From positions 21,970 to 85,969 of the IMG/VR virus record IMGVR_UViG_3300028299_000002: a stretch of 64,000 nt of DNA; one strand, given 5' to 3'. The position numbers were made by a program, and so were the translations under genes. Below, piece by piece: positions 9,931-20,703 of this stretch (within the stretch, counting starts at the first letter, position 1; each line of letters opens with the position of its first letter). The notes beneath the pieces are model-generated. The model made no database searches and had not been told where the DNA came from. It saw nothing but the letters and a program-made list of their open reading frames with translations. Source of the stretch: a virus.

Positions 9931-12549
9931 CTAATTAGCATTGTCCCGTGGTGGTAAATAATCAGGCGGGGTTATTGTAACTTCTTTTGTAACCGGATTA
10001 ACATGATAGCCAACCTTTTCACCGTCTATCGATATATTATAATTATTTGTAATGTTAGGTTGAGATGGTTTCATTATCTCTGTAAATGCTTGCAAATCTT
10101 TTGCCTCTCCGGTAGATTTAATCATCTTCCACCAATCGGCAAAACCACCCAAATACGATTTACTTTCCATGTTTGCTTTTGCGGTATATGCTTCGTCTTG
10201 CTTTTTCTGAATCCGGTTAGCATCATCAAGGATTTGATTGTCTTTAATTATCGCTTTCTCTACATTTTTCAAATATCCAAGTGCGTCACTTTCTGTCATA
10301 TTCCCATATTGAGACATCAAATATTCAACCGCTTTATTTTTGGATGTCCTGTATTCATAATTGCCAGAAGATGATACGTAGTCATGTGGACCCCGGCCCC
10401 TGACCATATTTCTGAATACGCCCATCGGATCATCGGCCCCAACAGTATTATCTTGCTCTTTTTGTTCGTCTTGCTTGGGGAATAGAGGATTAGCCAGCCA
10501 CCCTAAATTCTTATCTACCCATTGAAGCGCGGGACTTTCCTTCTTCACCATTAAATCCTCTTGCTCTTTTTCCAGTGCTTTTATAGATGATTCTGCCAGA
10601 TAATCTTTTTCACCCTCTTTTTTACCCCTGGCCAATTCCTTTATTTTATCTATTTCCGTGATACGCTTATCTATCCCCTCCATCTCATTTTTTAATGGTT
10701 TTTTGTATTCACCAAATATTTGGTCGAAAAGAGCCGCCTGTGATTCATACCCGTATTTTTCTCCAAATCTGGTTGCAATGGCATCAACACCTCTTGCTAG
10801 GCCGGTCATTAATTCGATAACAGTAGGTCCGAATATGCCACCTATCGAATATTGCATACTCTCAATCTGCATTTTCCATCTTTCACCGGCAGATACCTTG
10901 CTCTTTCCCGCCCACAGTTCTGTAAATTCCGGGATTGTCAGCAGCGTTTTCATATCTTTTTCACCAAGTCCCGTAAATCCCTTCTTTGTTTCTCCTTGCT
11001 CGTTTACAAATTCGCCGTATTTCAACCCTTTCGCTTCTAATTCTTCTTTTCTTTTGGCTTTTAGTTCGCCTGTTTCCAGGTTCCATGTACCGGCTTTCAG
11101 CCCCGCTTCCATTTTAAACATCTGTTCTATCTCTACAGCGCTCATATTGGGCATTGCGGCTTTCATAGCCGCCATTCCTCTTGCGCCGCCGCCAAACATA
11201 TCCTGGAAGCTTTTAATAAGCCCCATGATCAGTGGTTCGCCGCCCGGTTCGAGTGTGCCGAATGGTCCCTGTTCACGTACTTTCTTTAAACTCCACATTT
11301 GTTCCCAGCTCTTTGGTAATCCGATAGTCCGGTACAACATCAGGTTTGCCAAATCGCCGCCGCCGGTCATTCCCTCGTTCAGCCGTTGCATAAATGACAA
11401 ACCCCTCTGTCCTCTCCCTCTGTCTGATCCGCCAAATACCATTGATGGGAACAGAATATTTCTGAATATGTCCTGTTCGTCAACTTTAATGAATGTTTTC
11501 TCCATTGTTTTGGTCAAGTCTATCGCGGTATCTATAAATTCCGTCATACGGCCTTCACGCATATTCATCATCCGTGCCATTGCCGTAAATTGAGTTAGAA
11601 AATACTTGTCTTGACCCTCTTGCGCTCCCGGCTTAACTCCTTCACCACCCCATCGTTGTATTTCCCTCATTTGCAAAGCGGCTGGTCCAACCCCCATCGC
11701 TCTCCCCCAGTCAAGAAATTTACGCATTCCGGTTTCTTCAAATTTGTCTTTGTCTATCTTGCCGCTTATTGATGTGAGGGTCTCAATAAAAGCCAGTGAT
11801 TCCGATTTGGTATATCCAAACGCCTTGCCGATTCCCATCAAGTCTTCTACGCTTTTCTTACTCATATCGTCCAGTGATGCACCCGTTTTTACAATGGCGG
11901 TATCAACTTCTGCCCATTTCTTCATAGCCTGAACAGCTACGGCGACAATTGATCCTCCGACAACCACACCCAAAGCTTGCTTACCATATTGTTTTATTGT
12001 CTGCCCCGCACCACCCAATCCGGCACGTTTCGCTTGTTCGTCCTGGGTTTGCAAATCTTTCTGTAATTTATTGAGATGAGCATCTTCTAAATCAAGCTTG
12101 GCCTTATTGTACTTTTCAAGATATGCCAATCCTTTTTCAACTTCTTTGATATGGTCTTTTTCGGCATTCGTCAATGCTCTTTTATTTTTCAGTTGATCCA
12201 GGTACATCCGGGCAGTTTGCTCCATTGATCCGTAATCATCCGCTTTAATTTTCTGTAATTGCTTTAATTCTTTGATTTTTGTCCGAATATCATCTATTTC
12301 GCCCTTAGCCTGTTTTCGCTCTTTATCTGATATACCAGGCTGCTGTATCTTCTTCTGTAGTTTATCAATTTCCTGCGCTAGGTTATTTACATCCGTACCG
12401 GCACTATCCTTTAACGAATCCACAAGTTGACGTACTTGTGATGATACACGCTTAGATGCTCCGCCAAAATTCTCGAGCTTTCTGGCGGCCGCGTCAACCT
12501 CCGATAAATTCGCTCGTGCCCTGATGTGGATTCCAATCTCGTCGCTCAT
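9931..12549 (-). CDS. Tape measure protein
   Basis: 872 aa, coiled-coil and Gly/Ala-rich; follows tube and chaperones. Confidence 0.8.
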   Translation of the reverse strand: MSDEIGIHIRARANLSEVDAAARKLENFGGASKRVSSQVRQLVDSLKDSAGTDVNNLAQEIDKLQKKIQQPGISDKERKQAKGEIDDIRTKIKELKQLQKIKADDYGSMEQTARMYLDQLKNKRALTNAEKDHIKEVEKGLAYLEKYNKAKLDLEDAHLNKLQKDLQTQDEQAKRAGLGGAGQTIKQYGKQALGVVVGGSIVAVAVQAMKKWAEVDTAIVKTGASLDDMSKKSVEDLMGIGKAFGYTKSESLAFIETLTSISGKIDKDKFEETGMRKFLDWGRAMGVGPAALQMREIQRWGGEGVKPGAQEGQDKYFLTQFTAMARMMNMREGRMTEFIDTAIDLTKTMEKTFIKVDEQDIFRNILFPSMVFGGSDRGRGQRGLSFMQRLNEGMTGGGDLANLMLYRTIGLPKSWEQMWSLKKVREQGPFGTLEPGGEPLIMGLIKSFQDMFGGGARGMAAMKAAMPNMSAVEIEQMFKMEAGLKAGTWNLETGELKAKRKEELEAKGLKYGEFVNEQGETKKGFTGLGEKDMKTLLTIPEFTELWAGKSKVSAGERWKMQIESMQYSIGGIFGPTVIELMTGLARGVDAIATRFGEKYGYESQAALFDQIFGEYKKPLKNEMEGIDKRITEIDKIKELARGKKEGEKDYLAESSIKALEKEQEDLMVKKESPALQWVDKNLGWLANPLFPKQDEQKEQDNTVGADDPMGVFRNMVRGRGPHDYVSSSGNYEYRTSKNKAVEYLMSQYGNMTESDALGYLKNVEKAIIKDNQILDDANRIQKKQDEAYTAKANMESKSYLGGFADWWKMIKSTGEAKDLQAFTEIMKPSQPNITNNYNISIDGEKVGYHVNPVTKEVTITPPDYLPPRDNAN

Positions 12550-12648
12550 GCACCCCCCACTAATAAAACACCTGAATATACCGTCAATTTTAAAGCCTGT
12601 GAAGCGATCTTAGGCTTATCCGTACATTGCCATTCATTTACTATTAAA

Positions 12649-13035
12649 TCACGCATCAGGCTTCTTATCCGTATTTTTTAATGTAATTGTTTTACCTGGT
12701 AGTTTAATTGCCTGCTGACCATGTTTTATCGTATGCTGTGCTTGCCATTCAGCAAATTTGTCCGGGTTACTCATCTCGTTTTCCCATTCCTCTTGTGCCT
12801 TTTTACCCGTTCTTTCTTTCTCATTGTCAACAGCCGCAAGATGTATCAAATAATCATCCAATATGTCGGTCATCGTGGCTTGGGCATAACGTGGATCAGT
12901 GCTTGAATATTCGTAGAACTGTTTCCACCAACCCTTTATCGAATTATCAAATTTTTTATACTCTGACCATTTTGGAAGTGAATCACGTTCTGAACCTTGT
13001 GAGTTTATTATTTCATAGATCAGCTTTTTTTTTGC
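12649..13035 (-). CDS. Tail assembly chaperone C-terminal extension (-1 frameshift product)
   Basis: The -1 frame is open from the A9 run at 13025-13033 (KKLIYEIINSQGSERDSLPKWSEYKKFDNSIKGWWKQFYEYSSTDPRYAQAT) into the 12649..12873 ORF. Confidence 0.75.
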   Translation of the reverse strand, partial: AKKKLIYEIINSQGSERDSLPKWSEYKKFDNSIKGWWKQFYEYSSTDPRYAQATMTDILDDYLIHLAAVDNEKERTGKKAQEEWENEMSNPDKFAEWQAQHTIKHGQQAIKLPGKTITLKNTDKKPDA

Positions 13036-13487
13036 TCGACAGGTTCTATGGCCTTGTTAAATTCAGCCATAATATTGAAAAACAAACTGTCTTTTGATTT
13101 GTCAATTTTTAAAAAATCAAATCCATCCGGGACACGTACTTTCAGAATGTTTAATTTGAATGGTTCTTCAATCAACCGGATTTCCCAAAATAGTCGTTTT
13201 GCAATGACCGCCTCATTACTGGCATCCATTTTATACAACTGGTTAAATTCGGCCTTTTCAGATTCATTCAATTCGGATTGTTCCCGGCTACCAAACTTAT
13301 TTTTGAGAATTCTATCGACTGCCAATGATTGATAATGAAATGCGTCTTTCCTTATCTCATTCAGTTTATAGTCCATAAACTTGTCTATAATCATCTCAAG
13401 TTTGGTTTCTTCAACGTGAGTTAATTGGGATCGGAACTCGAAAGTCCCGACCCCATCTATGGTAAATTCAACGGTATTGTTCATCAT
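13020..13487 (-). CDS. Tail assembly chaperone
   Basis: Between tube and TMP; ends in a slippery A-run. Confidence 0.75.
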   Translation of the reverse strand: MMNNTVEFTIDGVGTFEFRSQLTHVEETKLEMIIDKFMDYKLNEIRKDAFHYQSLAVDRILKNKFGSREQSELNESEKAEFNQLYKMDASNEAVIAKRLFWEIRLIEEPFKLNILKVRVPDGFDFLKIDKSKDSLFFNIMAEFNKAIEPVEQKKS

Positions 13488-13509
13488 CTGCCTCTACCGG
13501 TTTAATTGT

Positions 13510-14070
13510 TTACAGTGTATCGATCTGCTGATCAACTTCGTCGCCGGAAAATTCACGGCTTGCTACGAACGGAACATTGACACCAATCAATCCTCGACTG
13601 CTCTGATTAACGCCCTTACCGGTTAATTTCACACCTCTCCAGCGTTTCAATACCGTTCCATCCAAAGCAATTACATCACCAGCTGCCAACACCTTGTCGT
13701 TACCGTCCTGGTCCTTATAGGTATATCCTTCCAGTAATTTTGCATTGACATTACCGGCGCATACCATGTCAACGACATATTCTTTGTCCCTGAAATTCTG
13801 GGTATTTGGCATCATGTCTTCCTGTGCAGGAATGAAGAAAGATTCAAAACGTCCGGCAATCGTATATTTACCGTCCGCATATTCACGGACAATCTCAACA
13901 CCGTATTCCTCAACCGGTATCTGTTCAATTGTACCATCGGCATTGAATCCCGATCCACGCCCGATAGGTTTCAGTTCGGTATCGGTATTCAGGTATATGA
14001 TATACCCAGCTTCTGATCCGCTAAATACCTTTAGGTATTTGCTTGTTTTTTTAAAGGCTTTGTAGTCCAT
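13510..14070 (-). CDS. Tail tube protein
   Basis: 186 aa directly after the sheath; IGRGSGFNAD..IPVEEYG..REY pattern. Confidence 0.75.
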   Translation of the reverse strand: MDYKAFKKTSKYLKVFSGSEAGYIIYLNTDTELKPIGRGSGFNADGTIEQIPVEEYGVEIVREYADGKYTIAGRFESFFIPAQEDMMPNTQNFRDKEYVVDMVCAGNVNAKLLEGYTYKDQDGNDKVLAAGDVIALDGTVLKRWRGVKLTGKGVNQSSRGLIGVNVPFVASREFSGDEVDQQIDTL

Positions 14071-14084
14071 TATTAATTAACTCC

Positions 14085-15974
14085 TTATACTAAGATTTGG
14101 GTTACAATACCGATATAATTCCGTTCTTTCGGTAGTTTTGCCAGCCATTTGATTGTCCATCCCTCATCTTCATCGATAATTTCATCTACCTGACCGGATG
14201 TGATGATTCCCTTGGCAACCATCGAAGAAATTGTGGCCTTTGCAAACCGGTCAACATCGGCTTCGGTCAAATTATCATTACCGACAAACTGGGATTCATA
14301 ACCTTCGACCATGATCTTTGAAGAATAATCGGAAAGATCACGCTGCATAACCAGGTAGGTTGTATTATCCAGATTCCACGGTGTGCTATTTGCCAGTAAG
14401 GTGTTCTGACCTTTGGCCCAGACATAGCCCATACCCTTTGCATGTTTCGGAATGGTGATGATCGTTGCCCCGCCGCTAATCAGTGCCACGCCAATAGCCG
14501 ATTCTTCATTGTACCAGGCTTCAACCTTTGCAGCCGGTACCTTATCAAAGGTCTGATTATGAGCAACGGCATTCGCCAGTCTGTTTCCAAACAATAAAGC
14601 GGCATGAGATTTATACGATGGCAGATCATCCACACCACCAACCGCATACTGGACATCCTGACTGTTAATAGCCTTGATTTCATCCAATGCTGTCCGGTCG
14701 ATATCATTATCACCACCGCCAACAATACCGGAAATTGGTTTTCCGATTGATACCCGGCGTTCAGTGGCAAACGCTTTCAGATAGCCGTGAACGGTTGCAT
14801 TATCGGTTACAGGATAAATAACCCGGATATCTTTGGCATAGACCTGTGAGAATTCCGTGAATAAATCCGGAAACAGTGCAAAAGCGTTCTGATAATCGGT
14901 AACTGTCGCAGCTGGAATTGTACCCGGCGTACTGGTTACAAATTCAGATACATAAGTACCTTCGATCTGTGCCGGTACATCCTTATCAGCCGCCGCTTCT
15001 TCACCGATCAATAGACGGTCTTCATCATCGGCGTAATATGCCACAACTTCATCCTGGCTATACAGTACATCGGATTCCTCGATATTATCCGTATCATTCT
15101 GGAAAATCCGGGCATATTTGGTTATATCAAATCCGGCGGCTGTGGCAATCGCAGACTCCAGGGTAATTACATTGGTTACAGTATTAACACTTAACACCGT
15201 AATATCTTCGTAAGTACCGTCATTGTCCGTCAAAATGTAGTCCTGACCGGCACTGATCCCATCAACACTCTGAACACTGATCTGGGTATCGGCTAAGGTT
15301 ACATTGGCCTCTAAAAATTGACTGTTTTTCGGTGGAGTAGTCATAATCACACAGCCAACTGCGGCACCGGCAATCAGCAATGTTGCGGTTGCGGCGGATG
15401 TTACACCTTCAATAGCCTCAGCTCCAATTATAACCGCACTGGTTGTCCGGATAACCATGTGAGTAGCATCGGGTTTAGAAATAACGGTACCGGTTTTCAG
15501 TCCCGTAGCAGTATCGGCAACGGTTTCGCCCAATATGAAGTTGGTAGATGCTCCGACACCCAATGTCCGGTTATGTACACCGTCGATTTCAATTGAATGA
15601 TCATTGGCATGTGCCCCATAGTCCCGGACCGTAAATGTTACGGTATCAACCGGCGTTTCGTCCAATACAGTGAGTTCCGGTTGCGTAGAGGGATTTATAC
15701 CAACGCAAAAACAGGCTGACATCCCCATTTTCTTTGCATATTCAAATGCTTCGGCAATTTCGCTATTCTTGCCATAATAGTCCCATATATCGGACAGTTT
15801 TGAAAATCCGACAAACGGATCATCATCGGTATATGGTTTTCCCTGGTCCTGTTTCCCCATGATCAAACCAACCTGAAAATCGGGTATGGCCGCACCAGCG
15901 CCGGAAACAACTTTTATTTCCCCGAATGCCCCAGGGAAATAATTGATTCTCCCATTAAAATAAAATCCTGCCAT
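14085..15974 (-). CDS. Contractile tail sheath protein
   Basis: FNGRINYFPGAF start, TFTVRDYGAHAND, C-terminal LPKERNYIGI; 629 aa. Confidence 0.9.
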   Translation of the reverse strand: MAGFYFNGRINYFPGAFGEIKVVSGAGAAIPDFQVGLIMGKQDQGKPYTDDDPFVGFSKLSDIWDYYGKNSEIAEAFEYAKKMGMSACFCVGINPSTQPELTVLDETPVDTVTFTVRDYGAHANDHSIEIDGVHNRTLGVGASTNFILGETVADTATGLKTGTVISKPDATHMVIRTTSAVIIGAEAIEGVTSAATATLLIAGAAVGCVIMTTPPKNSQFLEANVTLADTQISVQSVDGISAGQDYILTDNDGTYEDITVLSVNTVTNVITLESAIATAAGFDITKYARIFQNDTDNIEESDVLYSQDEVVAYYADDEDRLLIGEEAAADKDVPAQIEGTYVSEFVTSTPGTIPAATVTDYQNAFALFPDLFTEFSQVYAKDIRVIYPVTDNATVHGYLKAFATERRVSIGKPISGIVGGGDNDIDRTALDEIKAINSQDVQYAVGGVDDLPSYKSHAALLFGNRLANAVAHNQTFDKVPAAKVEAWYNEESAIGVALISGGATIITIPKHAKGMGYVWAKGQNTLLANSTPWNLDNTTYLVMQRDLSDYSSKIMVEGYESQFVGNDNLTEADVDRFAKATISSMVAKGIITSGQVDEIIDEDEGWTIKWLAKLPKERNYIGIVTQILV

Positions 15975-15985
15975 AATTAGCTCCT

Positions 15986-16435
15986 TTACGTTATTACAAT
16001 GTTATTGGTTATCTTAGCACTAATAAGCCCCGTGTCCATATCCCTTATTATCAGGGCATAATACACGGTGCAATCGTGACTTATTCGTTCTCTGTCAAAT
16101 CTTTTTCGCGGTAATACACTATAGATATCCGGCGTTATGATCCATATTTCTTCCGGCACTGTGTCGGTCGGCGCACCGAAAAAATATCCGTTAATATCAT
16201 CATCAGTAATTGGACTCCCGATCCGACGGAATAAATACATTCTTGAATTGGATGGAATAAAATATTCTTCGCTGTTTAAATAGGTGCCATAAAGACCATA
16301 ATAGCCAGCCGCTAAAGCATCATCGCTAAACAAAAAATCGGTAATATTTTCAACTTTATAGAAATCCCATCGCAGCGTACAGCCTAACGGGACATCTTTT
16401 TGTCTCAAATCCAGTAGTTTAACGGGCAATACCAT
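15986..16435 (-). CDS. Hypothetical structural-region protein
   Basis: 149-aa ORF tightly packed before the sheath. Confidence 0.6.
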   Translation of the reverse strand: MVLPVKLLDLRQKDVPLGCTLRWDFYKVENITDFLFSDDALAAGYYGLYGTYLNSEEYFIPSNSRMYLFRRIGSPITDDDINGYFFGAPTDTVPEEIWIITPDIYSVLPRKRFDRERISHDCTVYYALIIRDMDTGLISAKITNNIVIT

Positions 16436-16437
16436 TT

Positions 16438-16662
16438 TTATGCCTTTTCATTGTTCATTTTTAAACACACAGCATCCCACTCCAATATTGTCCGTACAAC
16501 AGTCTTGGGAAATCCCTCATGTTCGGATTTATTGATGTAATTACACAATATATCATTCATATAAAGCGGTAGTTTCCTGGCCTTGACAAACTGCTTTATC
16601 GTAACAACTTTATCTGTATTTATACCCGTTTTCTTTTTTGAAATGACTTTTTTCGTTGCCAT
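16438..16662 (-). CDS. Hypothetical protein
   Basis: 74-aa basic ORF, GGAGG RBS. Confidence 0.55.
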   Translation of the reverse strand: MATKKVISKKKTGINTDKVVTIKQFVKARKLPLYMNDILCNYINKSEHEGFPKTVVRTILEWDAVCLKMNNEKA

Positions 16663-16675
16663 GGCGCCCTCCTAT

Positions 16676-17530
16676 TTATTCGTTTGGTTGAACAACTAAT
16701 TCTTGGCTATAAATAGCATTCGTAACCTGATCTTGAAATAATTCCTGAACTTCAAATTGGCAATGAACCAACATTGACGCTGCGGGTTCTATTCTGTCGT
16801 GGTTTGTTACATCCACCGCATCTCCGCCCATGACTATTTCAATATCAAGTATATCCTCAGTCTTCATATACCGCTTGAATTGCGATTTTGAGTAGCGAAA
16901 CAGGTTTGTAAACGTGTCAATTCGCTTATGATTCGGATCTTGCCAAATGACTTCAATATTATCCTGATCAATCTGTCCCAATCCTCCGGGTATCATTTCA
17001 CCCAAATACCGTTGAACTACCTGGTTCGGCGCACGAAGTACATAGATAGTTGAATTTTTTGTTGTTGGTGCTGTCCATTGACGCTTTATCTCGTACTCTT
17101 TCCATTCAGTCATCTGGTAATTGTTTAATATCCGCTTAATGGCCGATATGACCAATTCCTTGCAATCAACTGCATCTGCCGTGAAAGTGGACGTGACAAC
17201 CGCATCAACATCTACAGTAGTGGACAGTTCTTCGCTATCTGTATCCCGAATAAGAAGCCGGTAATAATAGTGCTTCCCGGTATCCACATTCATATCAAGT
17301 ATTCCGTCAACAATTACACCATCTGAATCCGGCTCAATGTATGTAACCGGTACTTTTGTTTCTTCACCGGCGAAATAGGCAGTTATCTGTTCATCAGTGA
17401 TGACCGCTATGTTTTTGAATATGTATAGGCGGTAATTAGTCGGTAAAACGGCTGGTACAACCCACTCCAGTTTTAATTCATTCCCAAGCGGATGATTAGT
17501 TGCTTTTATACTTGTCAATGGATTAACCAT
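16676..17530 (-). CDS. FN3-like domain plus probable tail terminator/completion protein
   Basis: N-terminal LKLEW..YRLY..GKHYYYRL FN3 pattern; position before the sheath. Confidence 0.55.
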   Translation of the reverse strand: MVNPLTSIKATNHPLGNELKLEWVVPAVLPTNYRLYIFKNIAVITDEQITAYFAGEETKVPVTYIEPDSDGVIVDGILDMNVDTGKHYYYRLLIRDTDSEELSTTVDVDAVVTSTFTADAVDCKELVISAIKRILNNYQMTEWKEYEIKRQWTAPTTKNSTIYVLRAPNQVVQRYLGEMIPGGLGQIDQDNIEVIWQDPNHKRIDTFTNLFRYSKSQFKRYMKTEDILDIEIVMGGDAVDVTNHDRIEPAASMLVHCQFEVQELFQDQVTNAIYSQELVVQPNE

Positions 17531-18288
17531 TACGCATCCAGTTCCTTTAAACTTTTAACAAAATATTTATCGGACAGATATTCATAGGTATAATTACGAA
17601 TATCTCCATGTATCCAAGTTGGAGCAATCCGGGACGGTTCAAGAGATTTCTGATTAGTAGTCGCCCATCCAATCTGAAATATCCCAAATTCAACCATCTT
17701 ATTACGAAAGGAATTACACCGTTCCATATCATCTTTTTTATCATCACCTGTTTGCATTGGGAAATCAAAATCAATGGCTTTACCAAAATGATTGGTGCTT
17801 TTACGGTCTTTTTGTCGGTTATTTTCCGTGCAGCGATATCCACAGGTCGGAAACGGGACCGGATAACCATACTTTACCGCATAAAACATACATGCCCGGA
17901 AAGCATGTAATATCGCCTTATGAATGCCCGGATATTCATATTGACAATATGCTTCGCACCGTGGTTTCCCTTCCAGGTAAACACCAAAATTTAAACCATT
18001 CCCAAAACCATCACATTTACCGCAAGGACATTTCAACATCTCAAAATCAATTGGATATTCATTGGCAAAGTCAAATATTGCCCGAATAGTATTTGGTCCC
18101 ACAATCCCATCAGGGGACTTATCATTCATATAATCTCGTTGGAATGCAATAACCTGTCTTTCAGTACCATGCCCATAGATACCATCCCAGACAGTACCGT
18201 TGAATCCGGCCAGACGCAGCTGTAATTCAGCTACATCTTCGCCATGGCATCCATGTTGTAATATTGATTTACCAAATATCTCATTCAT
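17530..18288 (-). CDS. Endolysin: peptidoglycan-binding domain plus M15-type peptidase
   Basis: GEDVAELQLRL..DGIYG..FQRDY..DGIVGPNT; CGYRC..NHFGKAIDF..WIHGD zinc motifs. Confidence 0.85.
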   Translation of the reverse strand: MNEIFGKSILQHGCHGEDVAELQLRLAGFNGTVWDGIYGHGTERQVIAFQRDYMNDKSPDGIVGPNTIRAIFDFANEYPIDFEMLKCPCGKCDGFGNGLNFGVYLEGKPRCEAYCQYEYPGIHKAILHAFRACMFYAVKYGYPVPFPTCGYRCTENNRQKDRKSTNHFGKAIDFDFPMQTGDDKKDDMERCNSFRNKMVEFGIFQIGWATTNQKSLEPSRIAPTWIHGDIRNYTYEYLSDKYFVKSLKELDA

Positions 18289-18292
18289 AAAA

Positions 18293-18814
18293 TCACCTAG
18301 TTATTAATGCCCCGGTTATAAATCCAGCGCCAATACCGACATAATACCACGGATTTTTATACAATGGTGTTTTATCAACGGTGGTTGTTACATGTATTGT
18401 AAAATCTCTCAATACTGCTTCATTTTTAATTACAGAAATCGGCGGTAGAAATGCCGTAGTATGCAAATCCATAAAAAATTTGTATCTCCACGTATCGGTT
18501 GAATCTGTAAAATGAAAGGTTGAATCTGACCAGATCGCCGGTAAATAATAATGATGAATAACCGTTGAATCCTTTAGAATCAATGAATCAACAGGTATTT
18601 TTTCAAATGTTGTGTCCTTAAAGATATTACCGAATTCTTTTACCAAAGCATCGTAATCATATAGTATCATACCTTCGGTTGCTTTTTGAATAATTGCCTG
18701 GCTGTCAACCGGCATATATAGTGTTGTTTCAACAATTTCCGGCTTTTTAGTAATCGTTAGAATAAATAATCCTGCCGCCGCCAATAATATAATTGTTTCA
18801 ATATATTTTCTCAT
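18293..18814 (-). CDS. Spanin-like membrane-anchored lysis protein
   Basis: N-terminal TM, C-terminal WYYVGIGAGFITGAL; in the lysis cluster. Confidence 0.5.
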   Translation of the reverse strand: MRKYIETIILLAAAGLFILTITKKPEIVETTLYMPVDSQAIIQKATEGMILYDYDALVKEFGNIFKDTTFEKIPVDSLILKDSTVIHHYYLPAIWSDSTFHFTDSTDTWRYKFFMDLHTTAFLPPISVIKNEAVLRDFTIHVTTTVDKTPLYKNPWYYVGIGAGFITGALITR

Positions 18815-19026
18815 GTACTTGCCTCTGTCTTTTTTTGGATAACTTTACCAGTTACACCAATACCAATCATCAAAGAAGCCATTGCAACATGATCCGGATG
18901 TATAAAAGCGAAAATAATACCTGAGATAACTAAAATGAATGATATAAGACGTGCCATTGAATTTTCAGTATTCTGCTTAAAGAAATCACCAATATAATTA
19001 AATGCTTTTTTTACTTCTTCTTTCAT
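18811..19026 (-). CDS. Putative holin (2 TM)
   Basis: SMARLISF motif, two hydrophobic helices, basic C-terminus. Confidence 0.6.
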   Translation of the reverse strand: MKEEVKKAFNYIGDFFKQNTENSMARLISFILVISGIIFAFIHPDHVAMASLMIGIGVTGKVIQKKTEAST

Positions 19027-19027
19027 T

Positions 19028-19312
19028 TCAATCACTTTTTGGTGTTTTATTCTCAACAACTACAAGATGTATTTCATTTACTTGTTTAATCATGTCTTTA
19101 ATATCCTTGCGATTTTCTGCGACACCTTCTTTGTTGTGGCCTATTTCTGTATCGTGTTGAGCAACTTTTTCACGAATAGGCTGAGCTGATAATGTTGTTA
19201 TTAATATACCAACGACCACACCTATTATTGCCATAAAACCACCAACAATACTTACCAATGTTGCAACTTTTAGTGTTATTGTTGATTCTGTTTTTTCTTT
19301 ACCGTCAGGCAT
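19028..19312 (-). CDS. Holin-like/XhlA-like single-TM coiled-coil protein
   Basis: Likely start MPDGKEK at 19312; one TM then a coiled coil. Confidence 0.55.
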   Translation of the reverse strand: MPDGKEKTESTITLKVATLVSIVGGFMAIIGVVVGILITTLSAQPIREKVAQHDTEIGHNKEGVAENRKDIKDMIKQVNEIHLVVVENKTPKSD

Positions 19313-19340
19313 TAGACATCTCCGAATTGTAAATAATCGA

Positions 19341-19688
19341 TTATAGCAATCCCGCTTTTTCCAGTCTTGTAATAAATTCAGCCCGCGTTTCCACCGACTC
19401 GTCCCACTGATAATCGGCCCATATATCCATATCATCTGCGGCCTGCTCTTTTTGAGTTTTACCCCAATCAATGCATCCCTGGCGATATGCCAGATATTCC
19501 TGAAATTTCTCATCATTGGGATCAATCATGCCACGGCTGTGCACCTCTAGTTCGTTCGGCTTGCCGTCGTCTTCGCCGCTTGGACTGTACTTTTCACGTA
19601 TTTTTAATTTAATCTGCCTATCAATCTGAGAATCGATAGGAATTGCAATGTTTTGTACCTCGCTGCCAATTCTTACATACTTATACAT
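19341..19688 (-). CDS. Hypothetical protein downstream of the DGR RT (possible fibre-associated chaperone)
   Basis: IREKYS..EKFQEYLAYRQGCID pattern; GGAGG RBS. Confidence 0.55.
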   Translation of the reverse strand: MYKYVRIGSEVQNIAIPIDSQIDRQIKLKIREKYSPSGEDDGKPNELEVHSRGMIDPNDEKFQEYLAYRQGCIDWGKTQKEQAADDMDIWADYQWDESVETRAEFITRLEKAGLL

Positions 19689-19692
19689 TTAT

Positions 19693-20703
19693 TTATCCTC
19701 CAATTAAAATAATATTACCTAATATCTTATTGCGTATCCGCCAGCTGTTTGCCCATTTAGAATGTCCGATAAAACTTTGTATAGACTGGTTAATTTTATC
19801 GAAGCTAATTTTGCCTGAATTATATAATTTGCTTAGTTTTAATAAGTTTAGTTTATTTTTAATAATGCATCTTTTTCTAAGTAAACTAAATTCATAAAAT
19901 TGTCTGTAACCAAGAAAATCTATTCCTTGTGATAATGGAAATAATTTGGTCTTTCCGTTAAATACAATATGAAGATCGTTATTTATATATTGTTTTATTT
20001 GTTCAAATATATCCCATAGTTCAGATTTATTATTACCAAGTATGACAATGTCGTCCATGTATCTGACATAATACTTAATACCCAAATCCTGTTTCACAAA
20101 ATAGTCAATTTCATTGAGATAAATATTAGCAAACAATTGGGATGTTAAATTTCCTATTGGAATCCCTCTATCTGATCCATCAGAATCAATTATATGGTCT
20201 ATTAACCATAATGTATCTTCACATTTGATTTTTTTACGGATTATCTGTTTTAACTGCGAATGATCTATATTATAGAAATACTTTGCTACATCACATTTCA
20301 ATACATGGATATTATCGCCAAGACTATTGATGAATTTTCTTACTCTCTGTATTCCCCGGTGTGCGCCTTTATTTAATCTACAGGCATAGGAATCAAATAT
20401 AAACCCTTTATCAAATATTGGTTCAATAACATTACACAAGGCATGTTGTACTATTCTATCTCTGAACGGCAGTGACATTATTAATCGTTTTTTGGGATCA
20501 TATACATGAAATTTTTTATATTCGCCGGTACAATAGGTTTTATTAATTAGTTCGTCTTGGATTTGGAATAGTCTGGATTCGTAATCGAACATATACTCCA
20601 ATATCTCTCCATTTTCCTTATGCCCTAGGGATGCCTTGCGATAGGCCAAATACAGGTTCTCAAATTCTGTTATTTTGTTATACAGATTGCCGTAACGTTT
20701 CAT
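19693..20703 (-). CDS. DGR reverse transcriptase
   Basis: Likely start MKRYGNLY at 20703; FRDRIVQHAL, SYACR..KGAH, GIPIGNLTSQLFANIYL, YVRYMDD, GIDFLGY. Confidence 0.95.
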   Translation of the reverse strand: MKRYGNLYNKITEFENLYLAYRKASLGHKENGEILEYMFDYESRLFQIQDELINKTYCTGEYKKFHVYDPKKRLIMSLPFRDRIVQHALCNVIEPIFDKGFIFDSYACRLNKGAHRGIQRVRKFINSLGDNIHVLKCDVAKYFYNIDHSQLKQIIRKKIKCEDTLWLIDHIIDSDGSDRGIPIGNLTSQLFANIYLNEIDYFVKQDLGIKYYVRYMDDIVILGNNKSELWDIFEQIKQYINNDLHIVFNGKTKLFPLSQGIDFLGYRQFYEFSLLRKRCIIKNKLNLLKLSKLYNSGKISFDKINQSIQSFIGHSKWANSWRIRNKILGNIILIGG

